DNA of 63,760 bases, filler included, from Lenisia limosa (GCA_001655205.1; 16 parts of 16 records of this genome joined end to end with filler, not necessarily neighbours in it); one strand, 5' to 3'. Shown: positions 11,146-24,804, counted from the whole stretch's first letter. Notes: a model not told the origin generated them from the letters alone. Program-made: numbers and translations.

Positions 11146-12315
11146 CTTCAACAAAAAAAAATGGGCCTCAACTTTTTTTGAAACTGCGTATTAATAATAA
11201 TAAAACAAAACACACAAATAAGACACGCTTTCCGTATGCTTATCTGATTGATTTTTGATATTGTTTTTTTCATTATAATACAAAAGAGACGAGATCCATC
11301 ACCCACGTTCTAATTTAATATATTAAAAATGCCCCACATTTTGGGCTTTTTGGGGCGGGGCTTTTGGAAGAAGAAATAACGAACAATAAATAACATAGAC
11401 AGAAGAGAGCCACCAGATTTGAGTTTGAGCTCGGAAATCTCCGAGAGAGTTCTCAAAAATGCACGATACAGCTCCGTTGCTATGTCTCTTGGGTCTTATT
11501 ATCGTTGTTTTAGCCGCGGGAACAGACGGAGTGTCCCTCTCAGCCACTAATGGTCTTCCGACTGTTCAGAACATGATGTAAGCAATCTTTTGGGCTGTTT
11601 AAAGAGTTTTGGGTGGATCTAGTTACCCAGTTTATGGCTCTGCTGTTTGTGTATGGGGTAAGCAACTTTCAATCTTCATAATTATTATTTTTCGCAAGAT
11701 TTATTCAGGGCTGAAGTCTGACATGACTGCATGTAATGAATAGGGGAAATACAATAAGCAGTCTTCAAGAGGGGTATGAAAAAATTTCAATAATCTCCGC
11801 ACATCATCCGCCTGACATATCATGAATATTCTCGTGTGTTCTCGTTATCGCATATACTAATGTATTCTGGCTAGATCTCGTATAATGATGTATTCTGATT
11901 ATATATTATATCTCGTATAATGGTTCATTATCGTGCCTTCTGCTGAGGTGTTTCTCTATGAAACGTGATTCTAAATCGGTTTCGGCCTGAAACTTCCTTT
12001 AATATTCCTTAGTCCGTATGATACAGTAGCTCACTGATGGTGTAGCATGATGTAATGATAGCTTACTAATTATGTAGTGTTTCTAAACTTGCATCTGAGA
12101 ACCTCCATGCAGCTAATAAGGTTCGCAGTCGACTGTTTGTTTCATGGACCCTTTNNNNNNNNNNNNNNNNNNNNNNNNNNNNNNNNNNNNNNNNNNNNTT
12201 AATTAATTAANNNNNNNNNNNNNNNNNNNNNNNNNNNNNNNNNNNNNNNNNNNNTTTGTGATATATTATTAACTTTTGAATGAGTTTAAAGGTTGAGCAC
12301 CCATCCCCCACAGAC

Positions 12316-12415
12316 TAGGGGTTCGGTTCAGTTCAAAAAAGGTCTGAATGTCTCGATAAATCTTTGAATACTATCGATAATTTACTGGTCTTTTTAAAAC
12401 CGAAGTGAAGCTCTA
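12316..12415. mobile_element. hAT-type MITE, diverged
   Basis: tagggg..ggttcaaaaaaggtctgaat...ggtctttttaaaaccgaagtgaagctcta. Confidence 0.7.
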
Positions 12416-14599
12416 TCACACCCATTCCTTTCCCTCGCCCACTCGGTATAGAAGGTGTACGGATCCTTCGTGACTCTGCTAATAGGAGCAATTCCCTACA
12501 TCGTAATAGGCAGGCTCCGTGCATTTGATTGGAAAAAATAATGGCAACAACATAAAAGAGAATGACAACATTGGGGGAAAGAGTGAGCAAAGCAGTGGAA
12601 GGAGGGAGGGGGTGCGGGATATGAACCTTCATTTGAAAACAAAAACAAAATTGAAAATGAAAAAGCAAAATCCTATTAAACTAGATCCCCCCCTCCCTCT
12701 CCCCATGCAAGTAAATATATGGGAAAGAGGGAATCATTATTGATAATTTACATACAATATAAACTAGGACCCTCTTTAATGCATTTTTGGTAGAAATAAT
12801 TGACAAAATTTGAACGGGTCTGAAATTGAATTCCCATTGCAATATTTCCCACGTCAAATATTGCAATGACAACTCATTAACTGTCGTAAACATTAAGGGA
12901 TACCAGATCATAAATAGGGCTAACACGGCTTCACACCGTTCCAAAAAAGATCGGTAATGTTACCCTAGATTTACTTGATATAATTTTTTGTTCCCCAACA
13001 CCCAACACCCAACTCTCAACTCCCCCCGTACGGAGCCTGAGTTGGCAACTCCGTCTGACCATGAGTTGGACTCGATAAGGTTTCCGCTGAGGGTGTAGTA
13101 CTCCCTAATATGGTAAGTATTGCCTAATAAGGTAAGTTCAGGTAAAAAAAATCTGATTTGGTAAGAATTGCCAAATACGGCAAATATTATGGTTAATACA
13201 GTAAAAATTGGGGTGGGAACTCCATCATATGTAAGATGTGGTTGGATGAAACAATAAAAATGCTCAAAACAGTATATACGATTTCGGTTTAAAAGTCTAA
13301 AAAGGACTACGGTGAGCACAATAAGTCTATAATATATATTACTGTATATTAATCATATATACTGGGGCTACAAACCATTCTAAGCTGTCGGTGTTACCGT
13401 CCTTATTGAACTCAAGCATAATGTGGTTGTGGGCACCGGATGGAGAGGATGTGATTGTTTCGGGAGGGTGGTCGTGGGTAAGGGNNNNNNNNNNNNNNNN
13501 NNNNNNNNNNNNNNNNNNNNNNNNNNNNTTAATTAATTAANNNNNNNNNNNNNNNNNNNNNNNNNNNNNNNNNNNNNNNNNNNNTCTGTCTGCCCCCCCC
13601 CCCCACCCTACAACCACAAAACAACTATGATATATCTTACCCAACTTACTGATATCATCTTCTTTGCATATAAGTCCCAGTTGAACGTCTATGACCTGAT
13701 GTCAAGTTAACCATGTCATGTCAAAATGACGGAATAACTCCAGTGTTTACACAAAACAGTAGAGATGGGAGGAAGTATTTGCGCAAATAAATATGATATC
13801 CTTCCTCCCTGAAAACTGTCCTTGCAGAACGATGAATGATGGGGTGTGAAATGAATAAGATGTCAAGTCGCAATAATATCACTTAACACCCACCTGAGTC
13901 ATGACAGACATTCTGATATCTCTATGTTGGGGCTTGTGTAACTGTGACAGTCCAGGCACTACTGACATGGATGTCCCTTCAAAGGGGTAAATATATAAAA
14001 AAAAATTATGTAGATACATGTACAGTATACGTTGTACATATTATATATTCAGACGTGTCTTACCTTAACCTTAATAAGAGATGGCTAATTATGCCATCAT
14101 AATCAATAACCCCTCTCAACCTGAAACGGCTTCCTCAGTCGAAGTGGCAGCGGATGCAAGAATCTGGAGTGTTTAAAATACTCCCACAAAAGATCATGAT
14201 GTAATTCGATTTAATATGATAATATGATATAGTATTGCTGGTCTAAGATTACCTTTCCGGGGGGTTGGTTCGGATGGTCACGGTTTGATAGCGCCTGAGT
14301 GAGATAAAATAGTTACATCCAAACATACTATACATTTATTCCATACATACATATAATATAATATATGATATAGTATAGTATAGTATAAAAAATGTAAAAG
14401 CAATGCCCACATATGATATACTTTATCATATAATTATATACTGTATGTACTATATGATATATACGGTAATACATGACAAAGAAAAGAGGATAAAAGTATA
14501 TCATCTACATGAGAGCTCTCACCCACCTTTCTCTCACCCCCATAATACATACCCTCCCTCCACATGACATAGATTGCTATTTCACTCCACCCCCACCCC

Positions 14600-16122
14600 A
14601 CTTCCTGGGAAGACTTTCGAGACATTGAAGAAAGACGAAGGGCTTCATGATCCTGAGGAATAAGCAAGTCAAAACTCTACTGCTTAGGCCAGACACTATC
14701 TGTTTTATTTTCACATCTCTACATGAAACTATCATATTATAATATCCAAAATAGTAGTAGTATATATCATGTAGAATATCATACATTCTGAAATGTCTAA
14801 ATATATTCCTAACTCCTGCAATCCATTATCAGTAATTTTTTGAGTGTCGAAGTGCGACTCTACCTCTTGCATACCTCGGGAAGGTACTTGAGAAAATCCT
14901 CGTCATCATTGGGTAACTGAAGGGTGCGGGCGGGTGTACCACTCAGCTCTTTTGACCAAAAACTAGGACAAGGGTAAGAATGGATAAAGGATGAGAGCTA
15001 ATAATGTTATAAGAGCTTGAGGAACAACTGTATGATGAAAACAGCAACCAGTCAATAACTTGGCATTTGAGGTACCCCCCCCCTCCCCAACCATAAAAAA
15101 ATATACCAGCCTGTTGTGTAAATCTCACAATAGTCAGCCCTAGCATTAAAACTCTTGAAAGAAAAATAACACTCATAAGCAGAAGTGCGAGGGAAGGAAG
15201 TATCATTGGATTATACCATAGTTTGTGTCAAAGTCAAACACCAAGAGACCCTGTCCTCTTTTTTATTACCATAACTATCAGAACTTCTATCGTTGCTGAC
15301 TCCACCCAGCCCTGCATACTGTACAGCACCCGAGCTGTCCATCGAACAGAGTCCGCAGGATGAGGACTCTCGGATGTCTTTGGGGATGGGCTGAAGACGT
15401 GAGTGCTGCGGGCATGGGATATAGAGCATCGACTTATCAGATATTTGTTTGATTTTTTGTTTTCAACATGTTATATAAACGAGATGCTCATCCAATAGAG
15501 TTATCTCTGAAGATCCCCCCCCCCCCACCGATAGAGCAGTTGGCCAGTCGGAGTGTCCGGTCAACCGGCCTAACGACTGCATCGTAAAAAACTGAAAGCA
15601 AAGTTGTATAAATATGTATTCGCTTCAGCACAGAAACAGAGCGTAAAGTCATTTTGTTCAGAGCTGACGGGGAGTATGGTATGTCCATCTTTTTGAAACA
15701 TATAATTAATTTTAAGACCATAACACTTCTGTTTCACAAGGGAATTGCAATCACATACTGCGTTGTATATTTTCATAATTCATTTTGGATAGTATTGTTA
15801 TCATTATTGCGTTATATGAATGAGCTGAAACTACAGTGTTAACGTCCATAAAGATCAGTATCACATTACAAACTTTCAAAGTGGAGACGGAAAAAAGCAG
15901 GATATCAGAGCCAATCGTAGAAACTGCCAAGACAGATCCTTTTTCTAAAGAAATCAAAACTAAAAGTAAATTAAAAAAACATGGAAGGAACCTCATACCA
16001 TATTAATGGAAGCCGCCACCACCATCCCCGTACTAATAGAAGCCACTGATATGACAGTCAGCGGAAAATTCTTTGCTGTTGATACGGCTCTCCCATCACT
16101 AATGTCCCAGACAACTGCCGTT
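14600..16122 (-). CDS. WD40-repeat protein, partial
   Basis: Minus-strand exons TAVVWDISDGRAV, KGSVLAVSTIGSDILLFSV and MQSLGRLTGHSDWPTALS (GH..W WD signature), followed by LYIPCPQHSRLQ and LPNDDEDFLKYLPE. Confidence 0.6.
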
Positions 16123-17304
16123 CTGGGGGAGGGGGGGGGGGTAAATAAGAAATGTATGAGAAAAGAAAGAAAAAAAAAACTCTATGGTCAAGCAAGAAAA
16201 CAACAAACAAACAAAGCCCAGGNNNNNNNNNNNNNNNNNNNNNNNNNNNNNNNNNNNNNNNNNNNNTTAATTAATTAANNNNNNNNNNNNNNNNNNNNNN
16301 NNNNNNNNNNNNNNNNNNNNNNCAACAACATAAATAAAGCCCAGGCCAGTCGATTCTACAGCACCGCATCCCATCACTCCGTAAAACGAAGAAATACGTA
16401 CTTTATGAAATAAAAATAATAATAATAATAAAAAAAACCAAAAATCAACATTGTTGACAACAACAAAAAGGGAGGAACATTTACCATTTTTTGTTGTTTA
16501 GGGAGGGTAAGATATAGTATGTTGGGATTGCGAGTACAAATGAAAAAATTTTTTTTTTTAAAAANNNNNNNNNNNNNNNNNNNNNNNNNNNNNNNNNNNN
16601 NNNNNNNNNNNNNNNNNNNNNNNNNNNNNNNNNNNNNNNNNNNNNNNNNNNNNNNNNNNNNNNNNNNNNNNNNNNNNNNNNNNNNNNNNNNNNNNNNNNN
16701 NNNNNNNNNNNNNNNNNNNNNNNNNNNNNNNNNNNNNNNNNNNNNNNNNNNNNNNNNNNNNNNNNNNNNNNNNNNNNNNNNNNNNNNNNNNNNNNNNNNN
16801 NNNNNNNNAATTTTGGATATGGGCCACTCAAAGGACTTCCCAAAGAGGAAAGCTGTGAGATGGTGTGTGGGGCTTGATAGTTAGACTTCCAAAAGGGGAA
16901 ACTTCCAAAAGAGGGAGGTTATAGATACCCCCTCCCCCCACTCTGAATATGCAGTCAGGATATCCAGCATCGATGTTGACGCAATAGTGGTGGCGGCGGC
17001 GTAGGAGGAGGGGCAGTGTACACAGAGGGAAAGTTCGGGCCGGGCTATAAAGTGAAATACTCAAGAAGAAAAAGAAAAAAAAGAGACAAATTATAAAAAT
17101 TAAGAAAAAGGAAGAAGGTAAAGTAGAAACGAAAGAAACAAACAAAAAAGAAACAAAAACGCAGGCGTGGGTGGGGGGAAGAAAGAAAAGAAAACTGAAT
17201 AAGCTTGTGGGAATAAGCTTGTGGGATACTCAGTAGTATCTCAACCCAGGAATTAGCTAATCAGCATTAATACGATAGATCTCATTGAAATTCCCCTCAG
17301 AACA

Positions 17305-17517
17305 ATGCCCAACTTCATCAACCGGATGAAGGCCCAGCTTGACGAGGATCATCGCAAATTCTCACTAGCCACATGGTTCATAACTTTCAATGCCATTCGC
17401 AGCCGTAAGCACCGGCGTTTCTCACAGATCGCATACGCCTTCACGGTCTACTTGCAATCTCAAGGCGCAGTGTCGAAAAACGCCTATGGCCATACGTTGG
17501 AGCGGAAGAAAATGATT
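17305..17517 (+). CDS. Unknown ORF fragment, possibly transposon-derived
   Basis: Open frame MPNFINRMKAQLDEDHRKFSLATWFITFNAIRSRKHRRFSQIAYAFTVYLQSQGAVSKNAYGHTL. It lies antisense to the surrounding minus-strand exons. Confidence 0.35.
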
Positions 17518-17811
17518 NNNNNNNNNNNNNNNNNNNNNNNNNNNNNNNNNNNNNNNNNNNNNNNNNNNNNNAAGAGACCACTAACGACTTCAGTTTATTG
17601 TTATGTCTGTCTACAATCCTCTGTAACATATTATCACTGAGGCATGATACGGTGACGTTGTTTTCTCTTTCCCAGCATAACCTTTTCTCTTCCTTTTTTA
17701 AAAGTTAAAAGTTTAGTGCCAAATGTGATACGTACTCTCGGATTGTTTCTGGGAGAGAAGTCCGGGCAAGAATATTAATAAGAAGTGAAAGTAATACCTT
17801 CAAAATCGGCC

Positions 17812-18716
17812 TCAAAAACAGGGGTGCCCCCACCAACATTCAAGGCATCTCCGGGCCAGAATCGAGGCAGCGGAAGCAGTCGGAATAATTCCAATAGATG
17901 TTGCTCGGAGAGTGAATAATTTAGACTCTTGTGTTTCATCATCTTCTTCGGCAGAAGAACATTGGCTGCTAAAAGGATTTAGAACACCAGTGACAGACTT
18001 GGTGGTAAGAAAAAAATAATAAAACAAGGTTGTTTTATCTGGCCGAAGCCATCCCCACCATCACGCTTATAACAGATATTGGATTAAAGTATCTGGCCGA
18101 AGTCATCCCCACCATCACACTTATAAGAGATATTGGATAATATTATCTGTTCTTTTATTAGATCCGAAGAAATTGGGAATCGCACCCAGCTAACCTGTCC
18201 GGAGTTGATGTCATGGGCGTGTCAATATCATCAGAATTGAGAGCCAGGGGACTTGGGGAGAGAAGAGGCGAAGTGACCGGGGTGTCAAATACTGTGGAGG
18301 GGGGTGAAAACTGTGAGGTGGTAGAATATACTGGGTGAAACAAAAAGAGCCCAAAATCTGTTGGCTGACNNNNNNNNNNNNNNNNNNNNNNNNNNNNNNN
18401 NNNNNNNNNNNNNNNNNNNNNNNNNNNNNNNNNNNNNNNNNGTCCAGTGAATTTCTTCAGATTAGTGAAGAATTGATAGAGAATATTGTCTGTAAAGAAC
18501 ATAGCTCAACGCACAACCCCCACATTTGTCAGAACTGCTCAGATCGGAAGTTTCAGGGCTCTTCTCCAAAATAGCCGCTTCAGATTCCGACGGATGCGGT
18601 AAATGAGCCGACGGGAAGTCCAAGCGGGACATGATTTCGCCGTTTTCGTCCTCGTTGACAGACACGAGGTCGAAGTCCTCGGGGTGTGGATTGGCCATGT
18701 CCGGCGACACTACCAC
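17812..18716 (-). CDS. Ser/Pro/acidic low-complexity protein, 3' exons
   Basis: Exons DMANPHPEDFDLVSVNEDENGEIMSRL, STTSQFSPPSTVFDTPVTSPLLSP and SSAEEDDETQESK...WWGHPCF-stop, with plausible splice sites. Confidence 0.45.
18039..18140 (+). repeat. Dispersed ~54-bp repeat (CTGGCCGAAGCCGTCCACACCATCACGCTTATAAGAGATATTGGA), tandem pair
   Basis: Two adjacent copies. Others at about 21080(-), 24152, 36058-36175, 37120-37185, 42110-42165(-) and 42864. Confidence 0.75.
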
Positions 18717-19603
18717 CCATGANNNNNNNNNNNNNNNNNNNNNNNNNNNNNNNNNNNNNNNNNNNNTTAATTAATTAANNNNNNNNNNNNNNNNNNNNNN
18801 NNNNNNNNNNNNNNNNNNNNNNCAAAACAAACAGAGCCCAGGCCAGTCGCTTCTGCACCACCGCATCGGGGTAGGATGAATAATATTGGCGTAAAGGTAC
18901 TAAACGACAAAAAAGACAAGCAATAACAAACATGAGCAATAAAAACGCTAAAACTAGACAAAAACCCAAAAACAAAACCAAGCTTGACCCAGCCTTTGAA
19001 GAGTCCCACCACCTCGATCACCCAGGGGGGGGGGGGGGAAATNNNNNNNNNNNNNNNNNNNNNNNNNNNNNNNNNNNNNNNNNNNNNNNNNNNNNNNNNN
19101 NNNNNNNNNNNNNNNNNNNNNNNNNNNNNNNNNNNNNNNNNNNNNNNNNNNNNNNNNNNNNNNNNNNNNNNNNNNNNNNNNNNNNNNNNNNNNNNNNNNN
19201 NNNNNNNNNNNNNNNNNNNNNNNNNNNNNNNNNNNNNNNNNNNNNNNNNNNNNNNNNNNNNNNNNNNNNNNNNNNNNNNNNNNNNNNNNNNNGTTGTTGG
19301 AGTACATCTGAGTCACGGACGTTATTGTGAAAAAGTCGGGACCAGGAATCTGCAGGGTTAAATCAACAGCTACGTAGCATTTAATATCCTCACACAATCA
19401 AATGCTTTTTATTGCAAAAACGTTTAATTAAAGAAGAAGGGGAAACGAATGCTAGATCACAAAAGACTGGGAATAACCTGACTGTATACCAAAAAGGGGT
19501 CAAAAAACAAAGGGAAATAAACTACTATTAGTATACATACTTGCTATATAATATATGATATATAAATGGAAGTTATTGGGAAATCAACAATAAATAGTAT
19601 TGT

Positions 19604-19700
19604 TGGCTTCACTTCGGTTCGAAAAATACCGGCAAGATATCAATAGCTTTCCAGGATATATCGTGAAATTCAGTCTTTTTTGAACCGAAGTGAAGCCCTA
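19604..19700. mobile_element. hAT-type MITE
   Basis: ggcttcacttcggttcgaaaaatacc...gtctttttgaaccgaagtgaagcccta. Confidence 0.8.
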
Positions 19701-20190
19701 ACAATCAGACTAAGAAGAAATGAGGGATGGAGGACTTATACTGTATATGTATGTGTTCAGTCTTATTTCGTAAGCAGTGGATTCTTTCCATCACCCTCAT
19801 AAATAATTTCCATGCTATTCACGTTTTGAGACTCCTTATTCGTTAAACATTTAGCCTATTGATTTTGAGGGGTTTTTTTAGGACTCCATGAAGCTAATTG
19901 AGAAAATATTTTTGGATTTTGAGGTGGGACAACATTAATATTAACTCAGCTTACAACTCGATATATGTTGTTAACCCATATCCACAAGTGATATGATCAT
20001 ATGACTGACTTTCAAGTCAAAGTGATGAGATAACATGAGGGTTCATCCAGAGTGTATCAGAGTACTGTTAAGACTTGTCGGTCAATTATCACACGAGTGG
20101 ATATGAGTTAGCATATGTAGACAATGAGAAACGTGAGAAACTGATCCAAAGGCAATAAACTTTAGCTTCTAATGAAAATGCTATGATATG

Positions 20191-20373
20191 TAGTGCTTTC
20201 CTATGGCCCGAAAAAGACCGGTACAATATCGACATTTTTTAGAGCTCCGGGCAATAAATATAAATAAAATATTAGTATTAATACCTTAAACTAATATTAA
20301 TTGCCCGGAGCTCTAATATTTATCCAGGATTTATCGAGAAATCCAGGCTTTTTGGGGACTGTTGGAAGCCCTA
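20191..20373. mobile_element. hAT-type MITE interrupted by a nested MITE
   Basis: The left half (20191-20239) and right half (20316-20373) of the family consensus are split by the insert. Confidence 0.7.
20240..20315. mobile_element. Nested MITE with TIR TAGAGCTCCGGGCAAT
   Basis: TAGAGCTCCGGGCAAT...ATTGCCCGGAGCTCTA; flanks ACATTTTT and ATATTTAT match at 6/8. Confidence 0.8.
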
Positions 20374-20392
20374 CATATCACGCGACGATAAC

Positions 20393-20510
20393 TAGGACTT
20401 CCCTGCGGCCTGATAAACCCCGTCAAAATATCAAGGATTTATCTGAAAATACAGTCTATTTTTATATATCGATATTTTTACGGTCTTTTTCGGACAGTAG
20501 GGAAGCCCTT
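20393..20510. mobile_element. hAT-type MITE, TAGGGCTTCCCTAC subfamily
   Basis: taggacttccctgcggcc...cggacagtagggaagccctta. Confidence 0.7.
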
Positions 20511-20969
20511 AACACTCTAGCTTACTGTTAATCGGATTGACATCTCATAGGGATGCTCGTGGTTGAACACACGCCCTAAAGAAATCAATGGCGCTGTTCT
20601 TTTTCAATTGCTTTTATGATGATGATGATTATGGTACTGGAGGTTCTAGCCTGATATTCAGTGACCAAGGGGTAGAGTGTGGAGAGTAAAATTGGAATAT
20701 TTATGAAACAAAAAAAAGCCCGAAATCAACAACACAGGCCAGTCGCTTCTGCAGCACCACATTCCATCACTCNNNNNNNNNNNNNNNNNNNNNNNNNNNN
20801 NNNNNNNNNNNNNNNNNNNNNNNNNNNNNNNNNNNNGACTTATCCTGGCCACTGCAGGTATGCATATGTGTGAGTATAGTGGTTGTGGTAGGAGTGGCAG
20901 GGGAAGAGTGAATATGTACAAAAAGCTGTGTAAACAGAGATGCAAGGCATGGTTGGGTGAATTAATATA

Positions 20970-21047
20970 ATGGCTTCACTTCGGTTCGAAAAATCTTCGA
21001 AAATTATAGATATTTTACTGGCATTTTTCGAACCAAAGTGAAGCCTT
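20970..21047. mobile_element. hAT-type MITE, internally deleted
   Basis: ggcttcacttcggttcgaaaaa...tttttcgaaccaaagtgaagcc. Confidence 0.75.
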
Positions 21048-21284
21048 AATAATACCATAATTCAATATTTCTAACAAGAGTGATGTTGGATGGCTTCGAC
21101 CGATACCTTTTTTGGGTTGTTGTCTTCAACCCGATCTTTTCACATTACTCAAGCCCCTCGCGTCTCCCCTCCCACACTTATCACAAAAGATAATCACATT
21201 GATATTTTACCGGTCTTTTTCGATCCGACGTGAAGCCCTACCCCCACATTCATCAAAGCTAAGACCCTCACCATCCAATATGAT

Positions 21285-21382
21285 TAGGGCTTCCCTACAG
21301 TCCCCAAAAGGACAGAATTTCTCGTTAAATCCTCGAAAACTGTGGATATTGTGACGGCCATTTTCGGACTGTAGGGAAGCCC
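21285..21382. mobile_element. hAT-type MITE, TAGGGCTTCCCTACAGTCC subfamily
   Basis: TAGGGCTTCCCTACAGTCC...GGACTGTAGGGAAGCCC. Confidence 0.8.
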
Positions 21383-21459
21383 CCCCCCCCGCACCATCAT
21401 CGCTAATGAACATCAGAGTGTTTTGGTCAAGTGCTACGAACTTTGCGACACATTCTGTT

Positions 21460-21630
21460 TCCTAGGTTGTTAAGCTGATTAAGCACAAGCTGTTCCCTAG
21501 GTTGATAAAGCTGGTTAGACGCAAGCTCTTTCAAAGGTTGTTAAAGCTGGTTAGACACAAGCTGGTTAGACACAAGCTTTTTCCTTGGTTGTTAAAGCTG
21601 GTTAGACACAAGACAAGCTGTTTCCTAGGT
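21460..21630. repeat. Degenerate tandem repeat (GTTGTTAAAGCTGGTTAGACACAAGCT)
   Basis: About five imperfect units are visible. Confidence 0.65.
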
Positions 21631-22387
21631 TGTTACGCTGGTTTTGGAGTATATGTATGTATAATACATTATATAAATAGGAATACCCTGTATATATACA
21701 TGTATATATCATGTGATATGTTCTATGAATTTTCCAATTTACCCCTCGTACTACACACTGTTTCATAAATTTCCCAATTTACCCCCCCCCCCCCCCCCCN
21801 NNNNNNNNNNNNNNNNNNNNNNNNNNNNNNNNNNNNNNNNNNNNNNNNNNNNNNNNNNNNNNNNNNNTCGATTCGCCGTCTTTGGCCCTCTTCCCTGCCC
21901 TGTATATATGTCCGTCTTAAACAGTTAAGGCAAGTGATAAAATTGGAGTCTCTATCTAGAGCTTCACTCGGTTTGAAAAAAGACTGAATATCTCCATAAA
22001 TCTTCGAAAATGAAGCAGTAGGTCTATCTCAGACAAAGAAAAAACCTACACTTCGTACAAATCCTGTTTTTGAGTAAATTAATTAAGAAATTTGAAAATA
22101 AAAGGTCTGAAAGAAAGTAATTTCGCAATTGATTATACAAAGTCTGAAAAGGAAAATTCAGGGCTCCTTGTGAAGTGACAAAAAAAACAACTTCAGGAAT
22201 CAGTTACCAACTTATAAACAAGGCTTCAAAAAAGGCCGTTAAAATATCGATAGTTTTCGAGGATTTATTGAGAAATTCAGTCTATTTCGAACCGCAAGTG
22301 AAGCCCTACTTTTCATGTAAATGTGACAACACATGAAAATAAAATAGATGGTATCAAGACGAAGCCGAAAGTCACTGAAAATTTATA

Positions 22388-22465
22388 CAGTGACAGGGAT
22401 AAGTCTTGACCTATTTTCCTTGGGAAATCATAGTGCAAATCGGTCAAGACTTATCTCGGTCACTG
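22388..22465. mobile_element. Tc1/mariner-type MITE (TA TSD)
   Basis: TA|CAGTGACAGGGATAAGTCTTGACC...GGTCAAGACTTATCTCGGTCACTG|TA. Relatives at 34140, 20838 and 61291-61344. Confidence 0.85.
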
Positions 22466-23879
22466 TATATTATAGCAATGAGAAAAATAAAACAAGGTTG
22501 TATCCGGCCGAAGATTGAATTATAGAATAATATGAGAATTATCAGAAATTCATAGAAATTTAATTGTACTTACAAAGTATACAGGTTTTGACACCCTCCT
22601 ACTTTTATGCACAAAAAAGGTGGAGTACTTTCCCAGTACGTCAACTCTGATAACATCTTCGAAAGTATTGGCCGTCCCCACGGGAACCTAAATATTTAGA
22701 GATGAGTACACTACGGCGCATCGACTTGGGATTCTTGTGAAAACATTGGAATTCCCAAATTTTACATGGGAAGAGTAGGGCTTGACTCAGGTAAGAAAAC
22801 AAAAACAGTCAACTATCGGAATATCATATCGATGATTTATCAATTCAGTAAATCTGGATCGGAGTGAGGGCATAAGCTTTAGTCAATCGTGTCATGACTT
22901 ATCGCGGTTAGTGCGTTAACTGAGGGCTTCACTTCGGTAAGACTGCTCAAAAAAGATAGATTTCGATGATTTATCACTCACTGTCACTGTCACTCACAAA
23001 AAAGACACCCCATCTGTACATCTCTGGGTACCCCCCCCCCCAACCATGATCTCAGTCAAGGTCCGGACGTAGTATTGATTGGTTCCGACACCAAGAGAGC
23101 CGTCAAGATTCCGTCCGAGGCCTCGTAAGGCCCCGTAGTGGTCTGATCGTGTCGTGAATGGTTGTTGGGATTGTTTTTTGAAGTATTACTGTCTTATTTA
23201 TATGATGATGATGATGACGATGACGCTGGCAATGATGGTGATGATACTGAATTATTGTATCATTTATCAATAAATATCAAATGTCAGGAGTTATTGGATT
23301 ATCATGAATAGGCATATTAATATGAATAAATGCAGTGGATCATGCAGATGATGACGATGTTAAATGGGGTTAATGATGATGGTGATGATGATGATAATGG
23401 GGTTCATGATGATGGTGATGATTTATCGTATTTATTTTTATAAATTCATCATATTTTGGAAATTAACAATAATTGTTAGTTTTGTCAATTTCTTCAAAAA
23501 TTATTTGCCAGGAGTCCTAATTCTAAGACCCACCCATCAGGTAAAATGATGACTCGTCAATAAAAATGAACTTGTTCAGAGCGAGAGGCATCAAATAGAT
23601 AATGGGAAAATTGTCCATTGACATGAGTTCCTTGGGGGCCTAGGTTGTGAGAAGACCATCACGCTTATCAAAAATTGTTCTTTTATTGTAACCTGTTCAC
23701 TTTGCATTTTTTTTTTAACTGCAGATGCTGAAAGCAATACAGATTATGTTGAGCCTGCTTATCCAAGATATTGATTATTAAATACATATTAGCATCTGAT
23801 CAAAAGCTGTCCACACCATTATGCTTAGAAAGAAATTACTGATAATACCTTGGTCAGATAAAGATTGTAATATATATTC

Positions 23880-24010
23880 CTGCTTATTAAGATTTTATTT
23901 TATTCCTGATTTGATGATTAAGATTTTATTTTATCCCTGATTATTAAGATTTTATTTTATCCCTGATTATTAAGATTTTATTTTATTTCTGATGCATAAG
24001 ATTTTATTAT
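23880..24010. repeat. ~27-bp minisatellite (TTATTAAGATTTTATTTTATCCCTGA) x~5
   Basis: Visible tandem units. Confidence 0.75.
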
Positions 24011-24804
24011 TACCTCCGAGAAGTAAGGCGACTCAGGATCTTCAGTTGTACCAAATGTGAACATTTGTCCTACAAAAAATGAGTTGAAATACATATATGT
24101 ACAGATATATGAAGCGCCTATAACGGGGCCTTCTAGCTACGTAGAGATGAGAACTGGCCGAAGCCGTCCACAACATCACGCTGATAAGAGATATTAGAAA
24201 GAGTAAAATGTTAATTCACCCAATCATTAGCCTTACAACTCTAGACAGACAGATTTTAAACACACAAATAAAAAATGAAAAAAGAATTATCCTGGACTTG
24301 ATGTTCAGCTTGTCTTTTGACAAAAGAAGCTGTAATTCTCAAGAAATTTCGATTTTTCACACAATTTGGTAACTCCAGATGTTTTCAAAATATACCTCCT
24401 TATTTTGAGAGCCCACGAACCCAACATTTTCTTCATCTTACTATTTTTGCATAAAAAAAAGCTCCCCTCCCCCAACCATTTTCACACGCAAACGCCAAGA
24501 TATTGCGTCCTTGATGAAGACTAGCAATGCTGCAGCCAATCGGCACCGAGAAATCGACGGAAACGATGCCCATTGTTGGCGGCCTGTTTTCGGCCGACGT
24601 TACGCTCTTGAGCCACCCGGGCAGGCNNNNNNNNNNNNNNNNNNNNNNNNNNNNNNNNNNNNNNNNNNNNTTAATTAATTAANNNNNNNNNNNNNNNNNN
24701 NNNNNNNNNNNNNNNNNNNNNNNNNNCAATAGTAATCAAAACCAATTATTTAAACATTTGTCTCTTGTTTTTTTTGTCCCAGTTTTGTCCGCATTGCCGT
24801 GACA

